64,000 nucleotides of DNA from the human T2T-CHM13v2.0 reference genome, Homo sapiens. The number at the start of each line of letters is the position of its first letter. Positions within the stretch are counted from its first letter, which is position 1. The stretch is from the NCBI RefSeq assembly GCF_009914755.1, contig NC_060936.1; one strand, written 5' to 3'. The notes under the pieces are model-generated. The model worked only from the letters and a program-made list of their open reading frames with translations. It did no database searches and had not been told where the DNA came from. Made by a program: the position numbers and the translations under genes. Positions 1 through 18,630 of this stretch are shown in pieces.

Positions 1-142
1 TCTCCGTTTTAGGGCTTGGTGCCCCCCGCCCCGAGTCCCACCCGGGAGCCCCCTCTGTCCCGGTCGGGGGATCTCCTCCCGCAGAAGCCCGATCTTCCCG
101 ATCCTGTCGCCGGCGGGAGTCAGGGTGGCGGCCACTGACAAC

Positions 143-153
143 GAAAGTGAAAC
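143..153 (+). promoter_or_regulatory. ISRE/IRF-E-like motif GAAAGTGAAAC
   Basis: Exact match to the GAAANNGAAAC IRF consensus. It forms an AT-rich island within GC-rich DNA. Confidence 0.5.
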
Positions 154-335
154 AAAGCTGGTCGCCGGGCGCGCACCCCCGCCGGCCCCGCGCGGACCTC
201 CCAGGCCGGACGCCCCCGCCGCGTCCAGCCCCCGCCCCACCCCGCCCAGCCCGCCCCGGGGTCGCCTCCCCCCTCCCCGGGGAGAACGGGCCAGGGCCCC
301 GCCGGGCGGGAACGGGCGCGCCCGGCCCCACTCAC

Positions 336-348
336 CTCCGGCCTCCAT
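336..348 (-). CDS. WSB2: WSB2 (WD repeat and SOCS box protein 2) main first coding exon, MEAG+G, phase 1
   Basis: Minus strand reads TCC ATG GAG GCC GGA G|gtgagt, with the ATG at 348 and a consensus donor at 335-334, inside a CpG island. MEAG(E) matches the WSB2 N-terminus as I recall it. The rest of the gene lies off the left edge. Confidence 0.85.
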
Positions 349-549
349 GGAGGACGCGAGCGGCCCCCGCGGCAGGCGGCGGGCGCCTCAGCCCCCCGGG
401 CCGCGGGCCCTCATGCCGCCCCCGCGCCGCCCGCCCCGGCCAGGCCGCCGCCGCCGCCCGGAGAGGCCATCAGCTGCTTCCCGTCACATGGCGGTGGGCG
501 CGGGCGGAGACGCGCGGGGGCGGGGCGCAGGGGAAACGGAGGGGGGGTG

Positions 550-1360
550 CGGACGGGATAAAAACGGTGGGGGGCAGCTGAGGGAAAAGATGGAAAATCG
601 GGGAGGCGGTACGCTGACGGGATAAAAGCTGAGGGGTTGCTCAGGGGAAACGGGGGCGGGGAAGACGCGCGAACCAGATAAAAATGGGGCAGGGGTGGGG
701 GGAGCTGAGCGGAAACGGGGTGGGGCGCGAACGGGATAAAACCCAGGGGTTGTGCGGGGTCCTGAGGGGAACCAGCGCCGGATAAAAACGGGGAAGGGAG
801 GGAGGTGAACAGAGCTGAGGGAAACCGGGAAAAGGGGAGCGATAGAAACCGGAGTAGGGGAAGCCGGGCTCAGGGGAAAAGGGGGTGTTGGAGAGTGGTA
901 GAGCCGGGCTGAGAGAAAAACCAAGCAGGGGAAGCGGCGATCCGGGGAGAACGGAGAGAGGGAGACCGAGGGCTGTGGGGGTAAGGGGAACCAAAGGGGC
1001 TGAAGCGAAATCGAGGGGAGGGGCAGGTGAAAATGGAGCCATGCGAAGGCCGATGAGGGGGGAAACGGGTAAAAATGGGGGCGGGAGAAATAGGTTGGAG
1101 GGAATACTGGCCGAGAAGAAACCTGGGGAGAGCTGGGCTTAGGGGAAAATGGGGAGGGGGTGGAAGGAAGGTGTAATAACCGGGTGCTGGGGAGGACGTA
1201 AGAATTGGGGGGTGCGGCGAGGGTCAAGGCTAGGGTAAAACAAGGGGGGCTACTCAATGGCTCCGGTAATGGGAGAGGGAAGTGAGGAGAACACGGGGCG
1301 GTGGGGAGAGGAGGGCAGGGTGAAAACCGGAGTGGGGGTGGGAACGAGATAAAAAACGGG
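550..1360 (+). repeat. Degenerate G/A-rich tandem-like repeat, period ~57 bp
   Basis: GATAAAA/GATAGAA cores at 557, 621, 677, 735, 781 and 841, each followed by a CT(G/C)AG..GG..AA element. Weaker copies continue to ~1350. Confidence 0.55.
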
Positions 1361-1398
1361 GCAGGAGCGATTCGGAAGAAGACTGTCCCCTTACCTAC

Positions 1399-1462
1399 CT
1401 ACGGCGACAGCCTCGCCTGTCCCCGTCCCCCTGAGAAACCTGCTCTCCCTGTCTACCCGCAT
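1399..1462 (-). CDS. WSB2: WSB2 upstream alternative first coding exon, MRVDRESRFLRGTGTGEAVAV+G, phase 1
   Basis: ATG at 1462 is followed by 64 nt of open frame to a GTAGGT donor at 1398-1397. It has the same phase as the main exon 1 and adds 17 aa, consistent with my recollection of a longer WSB2 isoform. Confidence 0.7.
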
Positions 1463-2312
1463 AGCCTCAAGAAATGGCTCGCTTGGGTCAGACGCCCCCT
1501 TTTTAACATTCCAGGGCCAGGGCAGGAGTCATCATGGAGGCTTTTCATGCCTGAAAGACCCCATTTCTTAGTTGTCCGGTCCCCAGTAGTATCAGTGGCT
1601 TGGGGATTTCTTACTGAGCTCAGCTCATTGTCCCCAAAATGCCTCCCCTTACCCCCAACTCGAGCGCTTCCCTTTCCTGCTTTGGGCCCAAGCTCTTCCC
1701 GCGGTTCTTGGTGTCAGCTTCATTCAAGTCACTCTCCCGCCTCTCATTCCTTTCTCCCCGCCTTTCTTCGCTTCCCTCCAAGTGCCCTCTCCATTTGCCG
1801 GTCACTGGTCCCAGAGCTCCGGATCGCAGTGGTTCCATTTTAAATTTCTTTGCTTCCTAACGCAACCTATGTTTTCTACGGTAACTGAGGTTCCCGTGTT
1901 CTTTTTCACCATGGTCTCTCCGTTTTAATGTTTCGGGTTTTTTTACCCAGGCCCCTGTTTTATGAGCCCTGGGTACGTCCTTCCTGTGTCCCGTTTGGCC
2001 TCCTGGGTTACACTCCTGTTCACCCCGCTTGGCCGGTTTTTTTTTTTCTTTTCTTTGAACCTGCCGGTTTCTCAGTCTCCCCCTTTTCCGCTGGCTACCT
2101 GTCCCTTTCTCGCCGCCCATGTTAACTTTAGCATGCCCCGTTCTCTCTCTTCATTTTCCACTGGGTATTTTTTATGTTTCCCAATTTTAAAAACGGCCCA
2201 GCGCACCCCTTTTTTTGGGACTCCACTTTTATCTCTGGCACCAGTGTCGGCCTCCTCCACCTCTGCTCCCATTTAATCGCTAATTTCCTGCCTCCTGAGG
2301 ACCCCCGTTTTA

Positions 2313-2798
<486 letters not shown>

Positions 2799-2907
2799 TT
2801 AAAAAGCTAGTAAAAAAAATTTTTTTTGGCAAGTTCGTTTTTCCAAGTCTTTCAATTTACTAACCAGGTCTCAATCAAGATCACAAAAGCACTTACTTAA
2901 AAATAGC

Positions 2908-2913
2908 TTTATT
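2908..2913 (-). terminator. VSIG10 polyadenylation signal AATAAA
   Basis: Plus-strand TTTATT at 2908-2913. A GU/U-rich element (gcttttgtgatcttgattg) lies ~20-40 nt downstream on the minus strand. Confidence 0.75.
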
Positions 2914-4078
2914 CCATTATCTTTTAAAAAAGGCATATGATAACCTCAGAACTAATTTCTCCCAACCTCCCCCCACCACATCTTAAAATGTAAATAATGG
3001 AGAAGGAGCTGCTTATTTTTCTTTGCAGCAGTTCCTGGCCAGTCCCAACGTGAGAAATATCAGTTGGCACTTATTGCATCATAATACATTTTGCCTAGTA
3101 AGGATGATTTTCTAAGTCTCAGTGCATGGGTTATTGCAATTTTCCATCTTGTGTTTTCCTGCGGCAATTATGGGGCTTGTATGTGCTTGTGAGAATTGGG
3201 GCTAATATCAAAGCCACAGAATTGTGGAGGCCCCCTTCCCAGGCTCCACCAGGGTTTGAGAAAAACAAGAAAAAAGTCAGTTGCAATGGACCTGAAGTGT
3301 GTATCTTCCTGGTCCTGATAAATAGATCTCATGGTCTCTAAGTTAACAATACATGCAGATAAGATTTTTTTTAAAGCACAGTGTAACAACTTGGACTTTG
3401 CCACACAAACTGTAATCCACTGTCAACAAGCTTGTGGATTTGGGCATGGATCGTCTTAAAGAAGCCCGAATTCTTCAAAAAATCCTTAAAACTTGAAGAC
3501 CTGGATTTTACCTGACCCAGGATATTACTGTGCACACAGGACTCAGATATGTGACAGCAGTCACAGCTCAGCTGGTCAAAGGTTTATAGTGTTTGACACC
3601 AGGACCATGAAGCTCCCATTTGGTAGTGGAAAAACCCTCAAATATTTCCTATCAACAGATGTGTGTGCTAGAGAAGAGGAAGTTGTGGAAAATATCCCAG
3701 TGATCCTACAAAACATTCTCTGTGTTCCTAGCTAGGGTTTTTTTTTTTTTTCACCTCAACAGTTTTTGTGTTTTCTTTTTTTAATCTTGTTGCCTCTGAG
3801 TAGTAGACTCTTCAATTCTGGAATTTGGTTGCCGAAGACTCTAAAGGAGAGACTCACTCAGTAATTCAGTGACTTTAGAAGCAAGCTGAGTATCTCATTC
3901 TAAAATGACACTGATTTACACTGTTGAGAATGGTTAAGTACGTGGGGTACCTTGCAGCAAAAGACAAAAAGCAAAAAGCCAGTAGACCTGCAATTCACAG
4001 CTATTCCTGAGGGGTGCACATTGCAGCCCACTCTTGAGCTCCCCAGTGTTCTGAGCAGGGGACAGGGCATACTTCTAG

Positions 4079-4995
4079 TGATTTGCTCAGTTTAATCCCT
4101 TCATCCAAGAAAACAGACCTTCCCCAACCACACCTGCAGGGTTACTTCAGACAACCAGCTTCTCATTTTAGAGTCCCAGTTCCTAGAATTGGAGAAAGGA
4201 AGTTCCCCTTTAAGCCCTAGGTCCTGCCCACTAGAGCAGATACGCAACATTAAAGAGTGCAAATTCAAGTCAGTTTTTCATATTTAGCAAACATCCATTG
4301 CACCCTTATAAGGTCCTCGACTTTAAGAAATTTATATGAAATCGGAAAACTTAAATCTTGAAACTATACAAGGATCTACTGGAAGCATCAGCAGGCTAAA
4401 CTCATCACATGGTATTTTCATTCCAAATTTAGTGTTATTGATCAGTGTACCCTCAGAATATCCTTAAGAAGCAGGAAGGAAACAAGTTTTCCTCTTCCCA
4501 CTTCCAAGACTGAGAAAGAGTCCAGATGAGCTGGTTTGCCCAAGCAATTCTTATCACCAGATACTCCGTTATTAAACGTGTCTCCTGCCTTCTTTGAAAG
4601 CAACAGGAGAAATGAAGCATAGGAAAGTCTGCAAGCTAACAGTGTATCACCTAGGAGGCTTGTATATAAATATGAAGCTCTGCAAAATGTAGTTATAATG
4701 AAAGGCACTTCCTATTACCAGCTCCCTAACTCTTTTTAAAAGAATTCTATCTCCAGGGAAATAAAACTGGTTAAGACAGTGCTCTGATATGCTTAGTTTA
4801 GTTCCTTCATCCAAGAAAACAGACCTTCCCCAACCACACCTGCAGGGTTACTTCAGACAACCAGCTTCTCATTTTAGAGTCCCAGTTCTTAGAAATGGAG
4901 AAAGGAAGTTCCCCTTTAAGCCCTAGGTCCTGCCCACTAGAGCAGATACGCAACTTTAAAGAGTACAAATTCAAGTCAGATTTTCATATTTAGCA
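4079..4995 (+). repeat. Direct repeat pair A: 4079-4289 and 4785-4995 (~211 bp, ~96% identical)
   Basis: Read-aligned by eye: offset 706, about 9 substitutions, no indels. Confidence 0.95.
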
Positions 4996-5060
4996 GGTGA
5001 TCTTACAAAGATATTTTTCAATAAATGGATTATGTTTTTCAATGAATGGATCTTACAAAG

Positions 5061-5919
<859 letters not shown>

Positions 5920-5938
5920 CCATGGACCATCCTCTTCT

Positions 5939-5994
5939 TCAGACTGGCCTGTCTTCTTCTTGAACAATGTCACTTTGCTCCTCACTGCTGTCAT
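5939..5994 (-). CDS. VSIG10: VSIG10 exon 9 coding part, (D)DSSEEQSDIVQEEDRPV*
   Basis: Acceptor ccccccatacag at 5996-5995. TGA at 5941-5939. In frame with exon 8. Confidence 0.93.
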
Positions 5995-6238
5995 CTGTAT
6001 GGGGGGAAATAAACCCAATGCTTTGTAATCAGAGTGTGATTCTATTTCCACCGTCAGTCATCAATCATCTCAGTGATTTCTAGTCCTTTCCTGGTGAGCC
6101 ACAGAATGGGATCTCATGGAGAAGGTAGGGCAGCGTGTGTTTTCCCCTTTTCACCTGTTTTCTACATTCAGAACCTCTAGGCATGCTTGATACCAGTCAC
6201 CCTTCATGTCCTCAGCTCACGCCCCTCCCCTCACCTGA

Positions 6239-6487
<249 letters not shown>

Positions 6488-6623
6488 TAATTTTTTGTAT
6501 TCTTAGTAGAGACACGTTTTGCCATGTTCCCAAGGCTAGTCTCGAACTCCTGAGCTCCAGCGATCCACCCACTTTGGCCTCCCAAAGTGCTGGGATTACA
6601 GGCATGAGCAACCGTGCCTATAA

Positions 6624-7074
<451 letters not shown>

Positions 7075-7488
7075 TAAAGCTCCCTGCATGCAGACACTAC
7101 CAGTCTCTATTTTCTGTTCTCCCACAATGCCAATATTGTGCCTACCCTAGACCAGGACCTTGATAAGTGTTTGTCAATTTGATTTTCATGTTGGTAGTTG
7201 ATAGTAGTCTCAGGTTCTAGACTAAAGTTTAGCTATCTTCCCCAGCCTTTTAAAAAAACTAAACTCACCCCTTAGAGATTTCCTGCTGGGAAGCTCACCG
7301 CAGCAGTTCAGAGGTTTGTGGGCTTTTTTTTTTTTTTTTTTTTTTCTGAGGCAGGTTTCCTACTGCTGCCCAGACTGGAGTGCAGTGGTGTGATCATAGC
7401 TCACTGCAGCCTGGACTTCCTACACTCAAGTGATCCTCAGCCTCCCAAGTAGCTGGGAACACAGGTGCACACCACCATGACCGGCTAA

Positions 7489-7891
<403 letters not shown>

Positions 7892-8341
7892 CTAATTTCC
7901 AAAGGGGAAAAATAATCAAGAAGATTTCTTATTTTTCCCAACTTCAGCCCTCACTGAATAGGAAACACTAGATTCTTTGCAACCCCATTAGTAATATGGA
8001 AAATTACAGCTTGGTGAAGTAATGAGGTGATGGTGTGGTAACCGCAGAGATGCTGCCACAAATTGCTTCAGATGATGGTATCTCATGCTGGTTTAGTACT
8101 CCCCTGCTCCTTGGGCAGGTGACCATATTGTCCCAGGCATCTACCATTTCATGTCCCCTTACAGCAGGTAGACAAATGTTTTTCCTTTTCTGAAATGCCC
8201 TCATTCTGCTCTACTTACCAAAATCTCTCCCCTTCCTCATTTTGGAAGACCCAGGTAAAGTCCTCTCCCTCCTGCTAAAGACCTAAATTAATGACTGCAT
8301 TTAGAGTCCATGCTATAGTTTATTTATCACCAGCTCACTAG

Positions 8342-8957
<616 letters not shown>

Positions 8958-10345
8958 TGATCCACCCGCCTCGGCCTCCCAAAGTGCTGGGATTACAGGC
9001 GTGAGCCACTGCACCCGGCCTGGACTATGCATTTCTTAAGGAAGAAGAATGAACGCCACAGGTCAGTCACCTGCCCGAGGAGCTGTGTTACATTGTCATT
9101 TAATCTTCACAAACCCCCTGGTGAAACAAATCAGGAGACTAAGGCTCAGAAAGGGTCAGGGATTTTCTATGGGTACAGGGCTTGGGAATGGCACAGCTGT
9201 CATTTGAACCCAGGTCCAATGGTCTCAGTGCCTTTTCCTACTACACCACACTGATGCCTCCAGTGAGAAATAAGCCCAGGGAATGACAGACTTACTAAGA
9301 ATGGCCCTCCAATACAGGGCAGTAAAGGTAATGTTTTGCTACGAAAGATGGTCCCAGGTCAATAATATCCTGTCATTTTGAAGAGGTAAAGAACTGTTTT
9401 TCCATAGGATCATAGAGAAGAGTACTCTGCTCCCACCCAGAATCTCCTTAGGAAATGAAATACACAAGTTCCGTTTGGTTCCTTCGCCCCTACTGGGGTT
9501 TCCTTTTGGGAGGGGGTTCTGGGCATGCTCATAGTAGTCTTCCAAAACACTGTAAAACTGGCTGGGTGCAGTGGCTCGTGCCTGTAATCCCGGCACTTTG
9601 GGAGGCCGAGGCGGGCAGACCACTTGAGGCCAGGAGTTTGAGACTAGCCTGGGCAACATGGTGAAACCCTGTCTCTACTAAAAATACAAAAATTAGCCAG
9701 GCTTGATGGTGCGCACCTGTAATCCCAACTACTCGGAAGGCTGAGGCAGGAGAATGGCCTCAACCTGGGAGGTAGGGATTGCAGTGAGCTGAGACTGCAC
9801 CACTGCACTCCAGCCTGAGCAAGAGAGAGAGATTCTGTCTCAAAAAAAAAAAAAAAAAGAAAAAAGAAAAAGAAAAAAAAACTTAAGACTATGACTGATT
9901 CTTTCTTTTAGCTCTTTTTAGAAAATTAAATAAAACAAATGCATGAATGACTGGCTCAAAATGTACACATTGTCTTTCTGTCTCAATGACAGACCTGCAA
10001 TGTGTCCAGCCCTGAGGTTTGGCGCTGTAAAAGAACACAGACTTTGGAATTGATTAGACCTGGACCTGAAGGAAGGCACTGCTGCTTTCTTCTGGAATGA
10101 GCTTGCAGAAATTACTTCACTGAGCCTCCATCCCCTTATCTGGAAAATGGAGATGTCACCACCACCCTGAGGAGATGATGAAAGGGTTTATAAGAATACC
10201 TGATGAAATCCCTAGGCCAGTGTCTAGCACATCGTAGGTCCTCAATGGTAGTTGCTATTATTGTTCTTGTGAAAGGAAGGGAACAAAACAGAAGTGAAGA
10301 CAGATGCGGGAATGGGTGTTTGGTTTGATTCTAGGGAACACTCAC

Positions 10346-10361
10346 CTGGAAGTGTTTCCTA
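10346..10361 (-). CDS. VSIG10: VSIG10 exon 7, 16-nt microexon (V)GNTS(R)
   Basis: Long pyrimidine tract + cag|TAGGAAACACTTCCAG|gtgagt. It is needed to join phase-1 exon 6 to phase-2 exon 8. Confidence 0.9.
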
Positions 10362-10652
10362 CTGAAGAGAGAAAGGAAAAACCATTAATATCCAGTAACA
10401 TCCACTTCAACCTGACAGGTTCTTAATCAGGCAAACATTTACTAGAGGAACAAATAAGAAAACTGACTCAATATGACAGGTGATAGGGTGTCCCGGGATG
10501 GTACTTAGGTGACTTATTACTGTGTATCTTGACCCAGCAAAGAAGCCCAGAGAACAGAACTTCAGGTGGGAGCAAGGCAGGGGCCATCCTTCCCCATCCC
10601 GCACCTTTTCAAAAGTCTGGAAGAGAAGCTAAAGGACCCAGGGAGTCCTTAC

Positions 10653-10763
10653 CTTTCCAGCAGAACACAGGGCTATAATGCAACAGAAGCCCTGAGATAA
10701 TGGCCAGTCCCAGCAGAAGGAGGCTCACAATGGTTCCCACAATCCCCCCGATATTTAAAGGTT
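10653..10763 (-). CDS. VSIG10: VSIG10 exon 6, transmembrane helix
   Basis: 111 nt bounded by AG/GTAAGG. Encodes EPLNIGGIVGTIVSLLLLGLAIISGLLLHYSPVFCWK. Confidence 0.95.
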
Positions 10764-11302
10764 CTGTAAAGACAAATCACACCATTGATTCTTCCATCAG
10801 ATATGTGTGCAATTAGAACAACACCTCCCTTTCTCTGCGTGGATCCAGTTCTTGTCTTGATTCCTGACCTTGGGTAAGGCTTATGACCTGTCTGTAATGC
10901 CAGATAAATATTTTATCACCCAACCTCAGAGAGTTTGTGGGGATCAGATGGAGCAGGGAATGTGAACAAACAATGGAAAGTTAAAATCTCTCTGTCTACC
11001 AAACACTGAGACTATTTCTAAGGCCATGGTAAGTAAGAGTGTTGAGAGTTATCAATGCCATGATAAACAGAGTGATCAACGGAACAGAACAGAGAGTCCA
11101 GGAACGGGTCCACACGTAAGTATAATTGATATATGACAGGGTCTTGAGCAAAGGAAGCACTATTTAAGAATTGGTACTAGAGCCCGGGCGCAGTGGCGCA
11201 TGCCTGTAATCCCAGCACTTTGGGAGGCTGAGGAGGGCGGATCACCTGAAGTCGGGAGATCGAGACCAGCCTGACCAACATGTTAAAACCCCGTCTCTAC
11301 TA

Positions 11303-11493
<191 letters not shown>

Positions 11494-11571
11494 TCACGCC
11501 TGTAATCCCAGCACTTTGGGAGGCCGAGGCAGGCGGATCACGAGGTCAGGAGGTCGAGACCATCCTGGCTA

Positions 11572-11934
<363 letters not shown>

Positions 11935-12242
11935 TCAGGCCAGGAGTTCAAGACCAACCTGGTCAACACAGTGCGACCTCATCTGTATAAAAAATAAAAT
12001 AAAAAGAAATAAGTAGAGACATATATAGTAAAACTTAAAATTCAGGACCATGGTTACCTTTCGAGAGAGGCCCAAGATGAGACTAGGCCTACAGGGAGGG
12101 TTCCCAGGTAAAATTCAGTATGCCCAGTGAAATTTGGATTTCAGATAAACAATGAATAGTTTTTTTAGTGTAAGTATGTCTCATGAAATATTTGGGACAC
12201 ACTTATACTTAAAAGTATTTATTTTTCTAAACTCAAATTTAA

Positions 12243-12643
<401 letters not shown>

Positions 12644-12992
12644 TGAGACATACAAGTAACCTAATGCATGTTGGTACTATTCTGTATCCTCAGTGGGATG
12701 ATAGTTTCTTAGGTGTTCATTTTGCTGTTATGCTTTACAACTGACATACACTAGATATCTATTCGTTGGTGTGTATAGATATTATGTAATTTTTGCTACC
12801 TATGGAAATATTAGTGAGTTTAGGGTTGGATAATTTCTTCCAGCCACCTTGTCAAGTCATAAGCAAGCAGATATGCCTTCTCCCAGTTGGCAGTGACCCA
12901 TGTGTAGGGAGGCACCAGGCTGTCCTCATGCTGATGCTGGGTGCTCTGAAGCTCTGAACCCTCCCTCCTTCAGGCCCAGTTCCACCACTCAC

Positions 12993-13286
12993 CTTTCACA
13001 CTCAGCCAGATTTCCATCTCCCTCACCCCTACAGGGCTGTCAGCTCGGCAGATGTAGTAGCCCTCATCCAGGTCCTGGGAGCAGTTGTGGATAGTGAGGG
13101 TGGAGTTCTGGCCATCCTGGGTAATGAGATGGCGGCTGCTAGGCTGGATGATCACCTCGGGCTGGGTAAGGTTCCTCAGCCACAGGATCTTGGCAGGGGG
13201 GTAGGCCCCAGACACCTGGCATGTAAGCGTCACATTGCCCCCAGTGAAGCAAGTCTTCATGGGCTCAGAGAGAAGGGAGGGACCCC
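12993..13286 (-). CDS. VSIG10: VSIG10 exon 5, Ig-like domain 4
   Basis: 294 nt bounded by AG/GTGAGT. Contains the Ig motifs VTLTC...ILW...DEGYYIC. Confidence 0.96.
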
Positions 13287-13678
13287 CTGGTGATCAGAAG
13301 GTAAACAAAGACAAATGTTTAAAGAGATTCAAGTCATGGCCTGAGATCTGCAGGAAAACTGCAGTAGTTTTTTGTTTTGTTTTGTTTTGTTTTGAGATGG
13401 AGGTTTTGCTCTGTTGCCCAGGCTGGAGTGCAGTGGTGCGATCTCAGCTCACTGCAACCTCTGCCTCCCTCCCGGGTTCAAGCAATTCTCCTGCCTCAGC
13501 CTCCCGAGCTGGGATTACAGGCATGCGCCACCACACCTGGCTAATTTTTGTATTTTTAGTAGAGACAGGGTTTCACCATGTTGCCCAGGCTGGTCTCAAA
13601 CTCCCAACCTCAGGTGATTTGCCCATCTCAGTCTCCCAAAGTGCTGGGATTACAGGCGTGAGCCACCGCATCCGGCCC

Positions 13679-14979
<1,301 letters not shown>

Positions 14980-15949
14980 TTACATCATAATAAGCCTAAG
15001 ATTACTAGGCATTTACTGTGGGCAAGGCACTGTTACATGTATTAACCCAATTCACTCTCACAGCAACCCTGTTATTATGCCCATTTTGCAGATAAGGAAA
15101 CTGAGGCACAGAGAAAGTTAAGTAATTTGCTGAATGCTACAGAACTAAATAGGCAATGCAGCTAGGATTCAGAGTGATCAACTGCCCCAGTCTGCCCAGG
15201 ACGTGGAGTATTCCCAGAATGAGGAGTTTTCAGTCCTAAAACCAGGAGAGTTCTGTGCAAACCAGGATAAACTGGCTACTGTATCCATAAGCCTTCCTTC
15301 TATGCTATACACTTTTACACATAAAAACTGTACTGATCGTATAAAAATGGACACATATCTGACAAGGATTTCAAGGGGACAAGAGGGCAGCTGTATTTGT
15401 TTCCAATTGCTGATGTAATAGATTGTGACAAACTTAGTGGCTTAAAGCACATTTATTCTCTTAACAGTTGTGGAGGCCAGGAGTCTAGAACGTCTTACAA
15501 GGTTAACATCAAGATGTTGGCAGAGCTGGTTCCTTTTGGACGCTCTAGAGCAAGCTTTTCCAACCTGCAGCTGCGGGCTAAATTCGGCCCAGGATGGCTT
15601 TGAATGTGAGGACATTTTTGTTTATCTGTGTGATGGATATCATGAAAATTATGCACGGTCCCTTTTTTTTTTTTTTGGCTCATCACCTATCGTTAGTGTT
15701 AGTGTTTGTGTGAAATACATTCCCATGATCAAATTACCTCCCACCAGGTCCCTCTGCCAATATTTGGAGTTACAATTCAACATGAGATTTGGGTGGGGAC
15801 ACAGAGCCAAACCATATCATGGTGTTTCGCTGTGTTGCCCAGGCTGGTCTCAAACTCCTGGGCCCAAGCAATATGCCCGTCCTTGGCCTCCCAAAGTGCT
15901 GGGATTACAGTCATGAGCTACCACATCTGACTGATCCTGGCGCTTCTGA

Positions 15950-16138
<189 letters not shown>

Positions 16139-17408
16139 TAGAAACAAGGTCTGTGTTGCCCAGGCTGGTCTCGAATTCCTAGCCGTAAGCTATCCTCCTG
16201 CCTCTGACTCCCAAAGTGCTGGGATTACGGGCGTGAGCCACCACGCCCGGCCTTCTCCCTTCTTACAAAGAAAGACATCAGTCATTGGATTACAGCCTAC
16301 TCTAATCCACTATGACCTTATCTTAACTTGATTCCATCTGCAAAGACTCTTTCTGAATAAAGTCATATCCACAGGTATTAGGGTTTGGACTTGAACATAT
16401 CTACTGGGGGGACACAACTGAACCCCCAACCTCCACCCAGCTTTATCAGTACTTTACACACGATGCCCCGGCCACACTGGTCTTCTCTCGGGTCCTCAAA
16501 TGCCAAGTTTGTTTCCACCTCAGGGCCTCTGCGTTTGCTGTTGCCTCTGCCAGGAACACTCAGCCCACGGATCTTCACCTAGCCAGCTCCTTCTCATTCT
16601 AAGGATAGATTATTACCATCTCACGGAGACCTCCCTGCCACCCTAGGAAAAGTGCCCCTCTTCTTATAAAGGCCTCCCTTTTATATATACCATTTTATTA
16701 TCCTCATATTATCATCATCTCTGGACCTATCTTACTTGTTTTTGTACTTTCTGTCTTCCTTCTACCCCCATGCCACCCAGAATATAAGCTCTGTGAAAGA
16801 GGAATGTTTGTGGTTTTAATATGTACAGACATTCTCTGACACTCCTCCCTTCAAAAAGTGGTGCCTAATTCTTCCCAGCCCTCTTCAATGTGGGCTGGAC
16901 TTATTTCTAAGACACAGAGTGTGGCAGAAGGGATCCCATGTAACTCCTGAGGCTAGGTCATAGAAAGGATAGCATCAGCTTGACTCACTCCATTTTGGAT
17001 CATTTGCTCTGAGGGAAGCCATCTGCCATGTTGGAAGGACACTCAAGCAGCCTTATGGAGAATCCCACATGGAGAAGAAATAGTTGCCAGGCATGGGAGT
17101 GAGGACTTCAAAAGTAGATCTTTCAGATGATTTCAGCCCCGCAACCTTCAATTCTTCCGGCTGACACCCCAGACATACAGAGCCAAGACAAACCATCCCC
17201 AATGCCCACTGTGCCCTCTCTGAATTCCTGACCCACAGAAATCATCAGATAATAAATGGTTATTCTTGTTTTAAGCCACTATGTTTCAGAGTAATTTGTT
17301 ACATAACTAGAAGCTATAGTTTGAATGTTTGTCCCCTCCAAATCTCATGTTTAAATTTGATCCTCAGTGTTGGAGGTAAGGCCTAATGGAAGGTGTTTGG
17401 GTAAGTGA

Positions 17409-17825
<417 letters not shown>

Positions 17826-18014
17826 TAAGCTGGCTCCCCTTTACCTTCTGTCAAGCAGAAGCAGCCTGACGCTCTCACCAGAAGCCAAGCAGATGCTGGT
17901 GCCATGTTTCTTGCACAGCCTACGGAACTATGAGCAAATAAAGTAATTTTCAGCTAGGTGCGGTGGCTCACACCTATAATCCCAGCACTTTAGGAGGCCG
18001 AGGCAGGTAGATCA

Positions 18015-18227
<213 letters not shown>

Positions 18228-18630
18228 CTAAAAAAAAAAAAAAAAAAAAAAAATTTTCTTTATAAACTACCCAGCCTCAGGTATTCCTTTACAGCAACAG
18301 TAAATGGACAGACACAAAAGACGATGAACCTCATATGTCTTGTTCACTGCTCCATCCTCAGCACGTAGAAACTGTACCTGGCACATAGCAGGGGTTCAAT
18401 TAGTATCTGTCAAGTGGAAAATAGCTGGGACTAGAATGAAGAAGCTTGAGCTAAGCATCTCTAAAATTTGAAAAAAGTGAAACATAAAGAAAAAGAAAGG
18501 GAGAAAGGGAAGGAATTCAGTCCACCCTGACATCCGGGGATTTCTTCCTCAGAAGAACTCTCAAATGCTTCTCCTAGGAGAAAGGAAGGCAGGGAAACTC
18601 CAACCCCAAGACAAAGCAAAACAGACTCAC

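Larger units (their letters stand above)
1..560. promoter_or_regulatory. WSB2 CpG-island promoter / first exon
   Basis: Very high GC and CpG density. Contains a GC box (GGGGCGGGGC, ~517-526), a CCG run (~445-459) and a GTCACATG E-box overlapping an ACATGGCGG YY1-like motif (483-494). Confidence 0.85.

Noticed and set aside
120-1257. Long Pro/Arg/Gly-rich ORFs over the WSB2 promoter (166-257 aa)
   Set aside because: Expected from stop-poor GC-rich, skewed DNA. They are low complexity with no recognisable domain, and several lack an ATG start.
5939-5953. C-terminal ...DRPV as a PDZ-binding motif
   Set aside because: It ends in Val, but Arg at -2 fits none of PDZ classes I-III.
9993-10016. Possible 24-nt plus-strand exon (cag|ACCTG...CTGAG|gtttgg) for the antisense unit
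   Set aside because: The donor is weak and there is no independent support. Such matches are common by chance.
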